Shown: positions 55,410-63,600 of the stretch, one piece after another
How positions within the stretch are numbered: the stretch's first letter is position 1
How the letters are laid out: each line of letters starts with the position of its first letter
Source: a virus
Lineage: Duplodnaviria; Caudoviricetes
DNA: 63,600 bases
Strand: one strand, 5' to 3'
IMG/VR virus record: IMGVR_UViG_3300027971_000055
Span: 1 to 63,600 of that record
The notes under the pieces: generated by a model
Seen by the model: the letters and a program-made list of their open reading frames with translations, nothing else
Databases searched by the model: none
Told to the model about the DNA's origin: nothing
Program-made: the position numbers and the translations under genes

Positions 55410-58400
55410 ATGGCATTAATAGACGATTTACGCGCTGAATATCCTGGCCGGTACAGGACAATGACCGATAAGGAAATAGCCGACCAATTATATAAAGATC
55501 ACTATGCTACCGAAATGCCCAAGATTTCTTTCTATAAGCAGTTAGGTATAGACGTTCCCGAATCAAGTTATGCTGAGATAATAGGAAGAGATTTACCATT
55601 AGCTGGCGCACAGGGTGTAGTAGGTCTATATGAAGGTGTTAAAGGTCTTACAGGGTTTGTCCCATTATCTAAAGGTAAAATTCCTAAAGCAATAGAGAGT
55701 GCAGAAAAATCTGTTTTTGGTGGCTCAGCTTCAGATTTACAACAATATCTAGAGTCCTTAAAATCAGAAGGACAACAAATGGTATCGCAAGGTGCCGCAG
55801 AAATTCCCTCAACAGGTAACTTATTACGTGACGCTACTGGGCAACTTATATATGCTGGACAAAACCCACAACAAATTGGACAAATAGTTGCCCAGTCATT
55901 ACCTTCTACTTACGGAGGAGCATTAATTGGTAGGGGTATAAGTGCAACTGGAGCTAAATTTGGTAAGGACATAACTCCTATTACTGCAGCTGCATCGGGT
56001 GAAGGTACGTTAGCTGCTGGTTCTGGTTTAGAATCCGTCCGTCAACAAACTGAAAATAAAGAAGTTACAACCCCTCAACAACTTATAACTGCATTTAGTG
56101 GTTATATGACTAATAAACTAGGTAGGCTTGGTAATAGGGCTGCTAAATACTTAGGTGTTGATGATATGGATGTTATATTAGTACGTGGTAATATGGGTTC
56201 TACACCTGCAGCAAATCAAAAAGCACAAAGTAAATTAGTAGCTGGATTAAAATCAGCACTTAGTGAATCAGTGTTTGAAGAACTTCCACAATCAACACAA
56301 GAACAAATATCACAAAATATAGCTTTAGGTAGACCTTACGATGAAGGTGTTGCAGAACAAATGGCTGCGGGTATAATTGGTGGTGCGGGAGCAGGGTTTG
56401 GGTTTGGTACATATAATCAGTATAAAGTAAATAAAGCATTAGATAATATGCCACCGCCCCCAACAGACGTAGACGCAGAGCCACCAGGTATAGATATAGA
56501 AGTACCAAAAACAGACACAAAGAAAAATGCCAAAACAAGAAAAGATTTAATAGATTCTATAGAAGATGCAGAAACAAAAAAATCATTAGAAGAACTTTTA
56601 GGTAAGAAAGGGAAACCAAGTGGAACTCAACAGACAACAGCTGGAACTAGCGATGAAGTATCTGGAGGATCAGATGATGGAACTACCGGAGGAACTAAAA
56701 AACCTGTCGGAGGTGGAGTGGATGGGGCTGCAACTGATGAACTCACAGATAAGACTGGAGAGGGAAGAAGCGACGTTGCATTAGAAACAATTACTACAAA
56801 CGACGTAGGTAAACCTTTTCCGTCAACAGGTCAAGCACACAAATTTCGTAGAGATAATAAACTTGAAAACTTATATTCTGTTATTACACAAGCTGACGGC
56901 ACTATTGCTCTTGTGCCAAAGATACCAGTTACAGAACAAAAACCCCTAGTAACTAAAACTAAAAAACCTGCAGTGACAAAAGAACCCGAAGTAGCTGCAG
57001 AAGAAACAGAAGAAGATATACCAGATGAAGAAATTGGTTGGGAAAAGTTTGAAGAAACTAAACCTGACGGTACTATAACTTCGGGGTTTAGAAGAAAACA
57101 AACTACTACTCAGAAAGATGCCCCAGTAGTTATATCAGCTAAGACGCCTAAATCTACCGAAGTATTAAAATCAGAAGCGGAACTTACAGAAGCTGATAAA
57201 GCCGATTTAGAACAAGAAGAAGCTGATGAAGAAGCCGCAAGTCAAGCTAGAATAGATGAAGCTAATCAAGGTGGATTTGAAGACTTACCTGATTACGTTA
57301 AAATAGGTTCTAAATTAGCATCTAAATCCCCAATAGTACAAGCAGAAGAATCTGATCCTAATGCTAGTACTGAATCTAAACGACAAGAAGCTAGAAGATT
57401 AGCGGTTAAACATGCCGCATTTGATCAAGCGATGGATGAGTTTGATACTGTAAGTACTGAAGATTTTGACGCAAAATTAAAAGAATTAGCTAATGAAAAG
57501 ATGGAAGAACTAAAAAAAGAGATGCGGGATAAAGGAGCTACTGAAGAAGAAATTAATAATAAACTTAGTACTAAAAAATTCTCTATTAATAAGCCATTAG
57601 AGTTTATAAAAGGTTCTACTCAAGCACAACGTTTTAGTAACTATTATAAAGAGTTTAATAAATTTTTAGGTACGAAGAAATTAAAACCTAGAAGAATTAA
57701 ACAAGCAACTACTCGCGAAGAATTTACAGAAACTCTATCTAAACAAGAAAGAAAATTATTTAATAAAGCATACTCTAGCTATATAACTACACAAGTTAAA
57801 TCTTTAAAATCTGGTGTTGCTTCTGTTGATGAAACGGAATCTAATGAAGCTGCATTATATAGAAAACTACAAGACGAAATAGAGCTAGTAAAAAAGAAAA
57901 AAGGTAGTCAAGCTAAAGTAGATAAGTATAAAGCAGATTACGCGATAGCTCGTGCAAAAGCACAAAAAACTTCTTTAAGTAGACAAGTTGTTGAGACAGA
58001 TACATCTGCACTATCTGATAAAGTTGCTAACCTAGAACAAGCTATTAAAGACGGCGAGAATGAAATCAAGTCTATTAAAGCTGCTAAAAAAATTAAAGAT
58101 AAAGCAGTGCAAATTAAAGGCGTTCAAACACAGATTAATAAAGATAGGGTTGAATTAAAACTTGCTAAAACAGAGTTAGATACGGCTCAAAAAACTACTA
58201 CAGTATTAGGTGCACCGGGAAGATACACAAATATATCTACTGAAGAAACTAGAGCAACTGAAATATTAACTAAACAAAATAAAAAGAATAAGAAAAAAGA
58301 AAAGGCTATACAAGAAGGAAATCCTGAAGAAGTATTAGAGGTTCTTGATGATGAGACTGAAGAATTAGCTAAATCTATTATTGTTCAAGATAAGAAAAAA

Positions 58401-61400
58401 ACGGAAGAAGAAGCTAAAGAGAAAGCTAAAAAACAACCTAAGATTACTGTTGTTGGTAAACTAAATATGATTGTGTCTAAGAGTATTACTCAGGGCAAAA
58501 ACATAATTGAAACATTAGATGATTTATATGATAGTAAGAATAAAGAAAAAGCTCGTAGCTACCAACGCACAGCCTTGTTGTTTAGCGAAGTATTAAGCAA
58601 GCTTCAAAATAAAGGATATGATTTACCTAAAGTAGTATTTGGTCCAGTACCTAATGATCGTCCTGGTATGTATAATCCAGAAACAAATACTATTACTATT
58701 AATGATACTTCAGAAGTAGAGTACGGCAGGGTATTAGTGCATGAAACACTACACTATTTATTAGACCATATTGTAGAAGAGTATCAAAAAAGTCCTAATA
58801 GCAATTTGCTATCCCCGTCTCAAAAAGTATATCTAGGAGCTTTATTAGAATCTTATAACTATGCAAGACAAAATGCAGCTTCATTAGTTGAAAAAAATAA
58901 ATTTGATGCATCATTAAAAGATTTTGCAGAAGAAATCAAGACTATGGAGTTTAAAGAGTTCCTAGCTGAAGCCGTAGAAGGAATGCAGTTTTCAATTGCA
59001 TTGGGTAAATTAGAACCTATGCCTGGTCGTGTATTACCTTTTCTACGACAGTTAGCTAGAGATATTGCGGGTATGTTAGGCTTTAGACTTGAGCATAGAT
59101 TGCCTACTACAAAAGATAAACCGGTACAAGCATTTATATTAGAAGCAGTGTTAAACGATATTGAAAGTATTCTTACAGGTGAAGACTATGTGGCACCTAA
59201 TCCATTATTTAGATCTGGCGACGTATCGTTTGCTAGAAAAATAGATTTATCTGAAGATGCTGAAGAAGCTAGTAAAGCTGAAAGGTCTTTTGATGATTTA
59301 GTAGACAATGATAAGAGCACAATGTTAGAGCGCGGAGTTAAGTCTACAGTACAAAAAATGACTGAAACTTTTTCTAGTGGTCAAAATTTTATAGATGAAG
59401 TAGCTACTACTTTTTCTAATGAGAGGTTTGTATTAGAAAGACTCCAAGAAAACATGGACAGATCAGGGGCTATTAGCTATGCCGAAGATTCATTCAACAA
59501 TTTCTATGATTATATATCTACAGCTTTTGGTAAAGCACAGTGGTATTTGAAACAAAAAATAGAAAACCCAAGAAAAACTTATATTATAACTTTATCTAAT
59601 ATTGCAAACGCTAAAGGAGTATCTAATTCTAAAGCAGCTACAATACTTAAATATTATGCAATTGCATTTCATGCGCCTGAAAGACGTAAAACAAAATGGT
59701 TACTAAACGTACCACTAGAAAAATTAAATAAAATAAAATTTAAAAGTACTTTATTTGGCACTGTTGAAGACACCCCTGCAAATATAAGAGAAAGATTTTT
59801 TGACACTATTTCATCTGATGTTATAGCTAAATTATCTGAAGAGCAAAGAAAATATATAGCTGAGTCTTTAAAAAATGATTTAATTAGATTAGTTAACACA
59901 AAAGGCGCTATTACTGCAACAGGTTATAGCCCAGCGGGATATAAAAAAACAAACATAACAGAAGCTGATTATAACGTTATTGAAGACTTAAGTTTTAATG
60001 ATGAGCAAGTATGTAAAAATAAATATATGGCTGAATCATCAGAAATGAGAACTTTAGTACAACAATTTTTTGCTGCTAAAAAACAATTACAAGACGCAAC
60101 TACAGAATTAAATAGAATGGCAGGGTACTGGAGTAATGCTACTGATGCTATTGTTGAATTCTATGGATGGAAAAATTACTCTCCATTTAAAGTTAGGCCT
60201 GGAGATAGAGCAGCATTTAAATTAAATATAGAAGGGACTGCATTAGGACGTACAGGTAAAGATTATCCGGGTTCTAGATTTGAAGGTAGCAGTGCTGATG
60301 TAGAAAACCCAGTAAACCAAGTGTTGGTAGAAGCTGCACAATCTGCGGCAAGAGCTGGTGCTGACGGTTTAATGAGATCGATTATAAACGCAGTAAACCA
60401 AGGTTATTTAAAAGGTGTTTTAATAGATGGCAAGGGCAATGCTCGTAAAAAAACTGAACTAAATAAGCCTACTTATACCTTCCAAGAAAGATATACAGGA
60501 AAAGTAGATGAAGCAATATTAAAAAGACCTGACATATTATATGCATATAACAAAGATGGTTCTATGGATTTAGTAAAAATTACTGATTTAAAACAATTAG
60601 AAGCTATTCGTAGAACTTATTCTATTAATAATGAAAGCATAATAAATTCTGCAGTTCAGTTTTTAAATAAAGGTACAAGTGCCATGGGTCAAGGACATAC
60701 CAGATTAAACCCAGGTTTTGCTCCATACAATTTTGTACGTGACATTTTAACAAACGTTGGTATTGTATCCATGAAAGAGAACCCATTAGTTGGAGCTAGA
60801 ATTATTTCAGCAGTTGTAACAGAGATAATAGCTAAGGGAGGTATAGCTAAGGCAGCTAGATTCTCATTCTTATTCCATAACAACAGACTTGATGATATTG
60901 AAAAACTAGCAGAAAAAGATGGATTTTATAAATCATTATCAGAATATGGTAAAAAAGGTGGTAATGTTTCGGTAGTACAAGGGTTAAGCGCAGCTAGTGC
61001 TATGGAAATGCTATCTAAAGAATTAGATAAAAGTTTAACGCTACGTTCTAAAGATGACATACTTAAATATTTTGACATGTATAATTCTATGTTTGAGTTT
61101 GGCGCTCGTGTAGCAGTATACAGAGTTATGAAACGTCATTTCCAAGATCAAATGTCTAAAGAATTAAATGCATTGCCTAGCCAAGTAGAACAAGCGGCTA
61201 TTTTTAAAGCAGTTGCATATACAAAAAATTTAGCAAACTTTGAAGAACGTGGTTTATATACTAAACAATTAGGTACTTACTTTATGTTCTTTGGAGCAGG
61301 TGCTGTTGGTGCTAGACAAGCATTAAAAGCTTTAAGTCCTGCTTGGAGAAAGTATGAAGCAGTAGCTAATACGCTGCCCGAAAATATTCAAAAAGACCCA

Positions 61401-62597
61401 GTTAAAATGGCTAAATTTAAAAAACGATTTACGGAACAAAAATTTTGGAGTCGTACAGTTGCTGCGGCAATGATTGGAATAGGGTATAGTTTATGGCAAT
61501 TAATGCATTTGATGGCAGGATTAGACGATGATGACAAAGATCAAGAAGGAAGAAATAAAATAGCCACGGATGATTCTCGTAGATGGACTAGAAACGCTAG
61601 AATTTATTTAGGGTATGATGAAAAAACTCATAAAGATGTAATGGGTAACATACCTTGGGGATTTGGTCCTAATGCATTTATGGCTTTTGGTGCTCAAATA
61701 GCGGCGTATACTTCAGGCGAAGGGGTAGAATTAAAAGATTTTGCAGTTAATACTATGCATATTGCAATGGATTCATACCTACCTATTCCTACAACAGGCA
61801 TTGACCCTACAGATAACACCACTGCATTTCTTGTTGATATGATAACTCCAAGCATAGCTAAACCATTAAATCAATTTGCTATGAATAGAAACTCATTAGA
61901 TCAACAAATCTATAGAAGCAGTTATAACAAATACTCTTCAGCTTATTCAGGTAATGATTCTATTCCTAGATACTTTAAAGATGCATCTGAATGGGCATTT
62001 GAAGTGTCTGATGGAAAAGTAGTAATGTCCCCAGACGCAATGTATTTTTATGCTAATAACTATGCTGACGGTATCTCTAAAATAGTAGAAAGTTTATATG
62101 GAGGTATTTCAGTACTAAAAGGAGATAAGTATTTTGACCTTGAAAAAGATGCCTTTATATTTGATAGCTTTTTAAATACTACTTCTAATCTTGATGCTAG
62201 AAGGTTTGATACATTAAAAAATAATTTAACTGAAAAATCTAAAATATATGAGGATATGAAACTACGTAATCCACAACAAGCATATAAATATGCAAATATC
62301 ATTAATCCTAATCTAGAGGTAAAATTAAAAGTATTAAATTATTTTAATAATAAAGCATTAAAGCCAGTAGAAACAGGCGCTAATCAAGTAAGGAATAATA
62401 CATTATTAAATTCAAAAGAAAAATCTACTCTTTTATATAGAAATAGATTAGAAAAAAATCACATTAAAAAAGGTGTATACGATACTATTAAATCAATAGA
62501 TGATTTAGGAAAAGCAGAACTTAATGGATTGTTAGAGATGATTGCAGAAGACGAGGCAGCTATGGACTTACGCAACGCGCCAGACTCTAACCCCTAG
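55410..62597 (+). CDS. Large ejection / polyvalent protein (zincin HExxH, LPD38-like C-terminus)
   Basis: 2395 aa; GMYNPETNTITI...LVHETLH; IPWGFG and P....PL C-terminal region. Confidence 0.8.
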   Translation: MALIDDLRAEYPGRYRTMTDKEIADQLYKDHYATEMPKISFYKQLGIDVPESSYAEIIGRDLPLAGAQGVVGLYEGVKGLTGFVPLSKGKIPKAIESAEKSVFGGSASDLQQYLESLKSEGQQMVSQGAAEIPSTGNLLRDATGQLIYAGQNPQQIGQIVAQSLPSTYGGALIGRGISATGAKFGKDITPITAAASGEGTLAAGSGLESVRQQTENKEVTTPQQLITAFSGYMTNKLGRLGNRAAKYLGVDDMDVILVRGNMGSTPAANQKAQSKLVAGLKSALSESVFEELPQSTQEQISQNIALGRPYDEGVAEQMAAGIIGGAGAGFGFGTYNQYKVNKALDNMPPPPTDVDAEPPGIDIEVPKTDTKKNAKTRKDLIDSIEDAETKKSLEELLGKKGKPSGTQQTTAGTSDEVSGGSDDGTTGGTKKPVGGGVDGAATDELTDKTGEGRSDVALETITTNDVGKPFPSTGQAHKFRRDNKLENLYSVITQADGTIALVPKIPVTEQKPLVTKTKKPAVTKEPEVAAEETEEDIPDEEIGWEKFEETKPDGTITSGFRRKQTTTQKDAPVVISAKTPKSTEVLKSEAELTEADKADLEQEEADEEAASQARIDEANQGGFEDLPDYVKIGSKLASKSPIVQAEESDPNASTESKRQEARRLAVKHAAFDQAMDEFDTVSTEDFDAKLKELANEKMEELKKEMRDKGATEEEINNKLSTKKFSINKPLEFIKGSTQAQRFSNYYKEFNKFLGTKKLKPRRIKQATTREEFTETLSKQERKLFNKAYSSYITTQVKSLKSGVASVDETESNEAALYRKLQDEIELVKKKKGSQAKVDKYKADYAIARAKAQKTSLSRQVVETDTSALSDKVANLEQAIKDGENEIKSIKAAKKIKDKAVQIKGVQTQINKDRVELKLAKTELDTAQKTTTVLGAPGRYTNISTEETRATEILTKQNKKNKKKEKAIQEGNPEEVLEVLDDETEELAKSIIVQDKKKTEEEAKEKAKKQPKITVVGKLNMIVSKSITQGKNIIETLDDLYDSKNKEKARSYQRTALLFSEVLSKLQNKGYDLPKVVFGPVPNDRPGMYNPETNTITINDTSEVEYGRVLVHETLHYLLDHIVEEYQKSPNSNLLSPSQKVYLGALLESYNYARQNAASLVEKNKFDASLKDFAEEIKTMEFKEFLAEAVEGMQFSIALGKLEPMPGRVLPFLRQLARDIAGMLGFRLEHRLPTTKDKPVQAFILEAVLNDIESILTGEDYVAPNPLFRSGDVSFARKIDLSEDAEEASKAERSFDDLVDNDKSTMLERGVKSTVQKMTETFSSGQNFIDEVATTFSNERFVLERLQENMDRSGAISYAEDSFNNFYDYISTAFGKAQWYLKQKIENPRKTYIITLSNIANAKGVSNSKAATILKYYAIAFHAPERRKTKWLLNVPLEKLNKIKFKSTLFGTVEDTPANIRERFFDTISSDVIAKLSEEQRKYIAESLKNDLIRLVNTKGAITATGYSPAGYKKTNITEADYNVIEDLSFNDEQVCKNKYMAESSEMRTLVQQFFAAKKQLQDATTELNRMAGYWSNATDAIVEFYGWKNYSPFKVRPGDRAAFKLNIEGTALGRTGKDYPGSRFEGSSADVENPVNQVLVEAAQSAARAGADGLMRSIINAVNQGYLKGVLIDGKGNARKKTELNKPTYTFQERYTGKVDEAILKRPDILYAYNKDGSMDLVKITDLKQLEAIRRTYSINNESIINSAVQFLNKGTSAMGQGHTRLNPGFAPYNFVRDILTNVGIVSMKENPLVGARIISAVVTEIIAKGGIAKAARFSFLFHNNRLDDIEKLAEKDGFYKSLSEYGKKGGNVSVVQGLSAASAMEMLSKELDKSLTLRSKDDILKYFDMYNSMFEFGARVAVYRVMKRHFQDQMSKELNALPSQVEQAAIFKAVAYTKNLANFEERGLYTKQLGTYFMFFGAGAVGARQALKALSPAWRKYEAVANTLPENIQKDPVKMAKFKKRFTEQKFWSRTVAAAMIGIGYSLWQLMHLMAGLDDDDKDQEGRNKIATDDSRRWTRNARIYLGYDEKTHKDVMGNIPWGFGPNAFMAFGAQIAAYTSGEGVELKDFAVNTMHIAMDSYLPIPTTGIDPTDNTTAFLVDMITPSIAKPLNQFAMNRNSLDQQIYRSSYNKYSSAYSGNDSIPRYFKDASEWAFEVSDGKVVMSPDAMYFYANNYADGISKIVESLYGGISVLKGDKYFDLEKDAFIFDSFLNTTSNLDARRFDTLKNNLTEKSKIYEDMKLRNPQQAYKYANIINPNLEVKLKVLNYFNNKALKPVETGANQVRNNTLLNSKEKSTLLYRNRLEKNHIKKGVYDTIKSIDDLGKAELNGLLEMIAEDEAAMDLRNAPDSNP

Positions 62598-62768
62598 GTG
62601 ATTATCTTTACTAGTTATAAAAACTTTTACTTGTACCTTTGCCCTTTTAGCACCACATTCAGCGGCATAAAGAATTTCAGCAGTATTTAAAGTAGGTATA
62701 AAAAAGCTATCTCCTATGTCCATATACTCAAAAGGGAACAGCCATGTAGGTTCACTAAGCTGATCCAG
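62568..62768 (-). CDS. Second allele of the 66-aa CTG-start ORF
   Basis: Copy of 197..397 with one T-to-I change. Confidence 0.7.
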   Translation of the reverse strand: MDQLSEPTWLFPFEYMDIGDSFFIPTLNTAEILYAAECGAKRAKVQVKVFITSKDNHLGVRVWRVA

Positions 62769-63600
62769 ATATATCTCCTTTTACTTTATTTAGTATATCT
62801 TTCTTTTGGAATGCATAACACATCAAGTTATACTCTGAACTACTTGCATCTTTCCAACCTGTAAGCATGCGTTTCTTTTCTTCCCAGAATTTAATATCTG
62901 AATTAACAATACGTTTTTTAAAGTCAGCTTTATTAATATCTAATTCAGTAATCAAATAATTGTTAAATATGCTTCGTGGTATATAAATAGTACCTGTATC
63001 ATCTTCTGCTCTAATAACTAATGGAGTTCTTGGTTCATCTGCAACCTTGCCATCTCTCATAACTAAAGTGCCAGAATGGTTCTTAATTAAAAACTCTGTA
63101 AGAATATTCTCATAGTCGATAGTATTAAACTGAATAACATTGTTCTTAATATTAAGCATCTCGGTTACTAATCGCTCGTATATTCTTTCTACATTACAGT
63201 TATCTAATATACCATATTCAAGGGCTACTTCTCCAGCACCCAAAGGTAATGCAATTAAGTTATGGTAATATCTATCTCCAGGATCAGAGCCATAGTCTTT
63301 AACAAATCTATCTACCCATTTTTGATATCGCGGGCCTAATTTTTGGTCTTCATTAAAATGCCTAATGATTTCACCTTTATTCTCTAAATCATATATAGCT
63401 TGTATAAATTTAGAACCTGCATGACCATAGTTAGCTTTAAATGCTTCAAACACACGCTTACCATAGTTTAAATCTGTTTGTAATATCTTAGGTTGCCCTA
63501 GCATAAACTCAATAATACGAGCCACTTCACCGTTAGGGTCATGTTTTAATGCGGTCAACTTATCGTATATAGATTTATTAGATGTAAACAAAGCTATCAT
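62755..63600 (-). CDS. 3' part of primase/helicase, second allele (cut off by window end)
   Basis: Same protein as the C-terminus of 384..3302 with 5 amino-acid changes. Confidence 0.9.
   Translation of the reverse strand: MIALFTSNKSIYDKLTALKHDPNGEVARIIEFMLGQPKILQTDLNYGKRVFEAFKANYGHAGSKFIQAIYDLENKGEIIRHFNEDQKLGPRYQKWVDRFVKDYGSDPGDRYYHNLIALPLGAGEVALEYGILDNCNVERIYERLVTEMLNIKNNVIQFNTIDYENILTEFLIKNHSGTLVMRDGKVADEPRTPLVIRAEDDTGTIYIPRSIFNNYLITELDINKADFKKRIVNSDIKFWEEKKRMLTGWKDASSSEYNLMCYAFQKKDILNKVKGDISGSA

Larger units (their letters stand above)
62372..63600. repeat. Right copy of terminal redundancy
   Basis: Matches 1-1229 at about 97%. Confidence 0.97.

Noticed and set aside
1-63600. Stop-codon reassignment or introns/inteins
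   Set aside because: Core genes are intact and of normal length in the standard code, with all three stops used as terminators.

Overview
The window holds a complete, circularly permuted genome of an AT-rich tailed (podovirus-like) dsDNA phage. The unit length is about 62,371 bp: bases 1-1229 recur at 62372-63600, but at only about 97% identity. The minus-strand arm (about 200-25,500) carries early and replication genes: primase/DUF927 helicase, SNF2 helicase, PD-(D/E)XK exonuclease, family A DNA polymerase, three HNH nucleases, a TraR-like factor, a MoxR-like AAA/VWA pair, erpA and many small ORFs. It also has a regulatory zone (18.8-24.5 kb) with repeated operator-like palindromes, duplicated promoters, an iteron/IHF origin-like locus and a G-rich tract. 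The plus-strand arm (25.6-62.6 kb) carries terminase, portal, GroES, scaffold, capsid, tail, lysis and ejection genes, including a 2395-aa polyvalent protein. I see no integrase, RNA polymerase, tRNA or CRISPR array. The main finds missed by the ORF track are a 23-aa pqqA (PQQ precursor peptide) as a self-contained unit right after the major capsid gene, which points to a Methylophilaceae host, and an adjacent compact, doubly pseudoknotted RNA candidate in a 5' UTR. Also notable are a family of small basic proteins sharing a peptide tag and a methyltransferase-Maf(DUF115) fusion in the tail module. All family assignments come from motif recognition by eye, not database searches.
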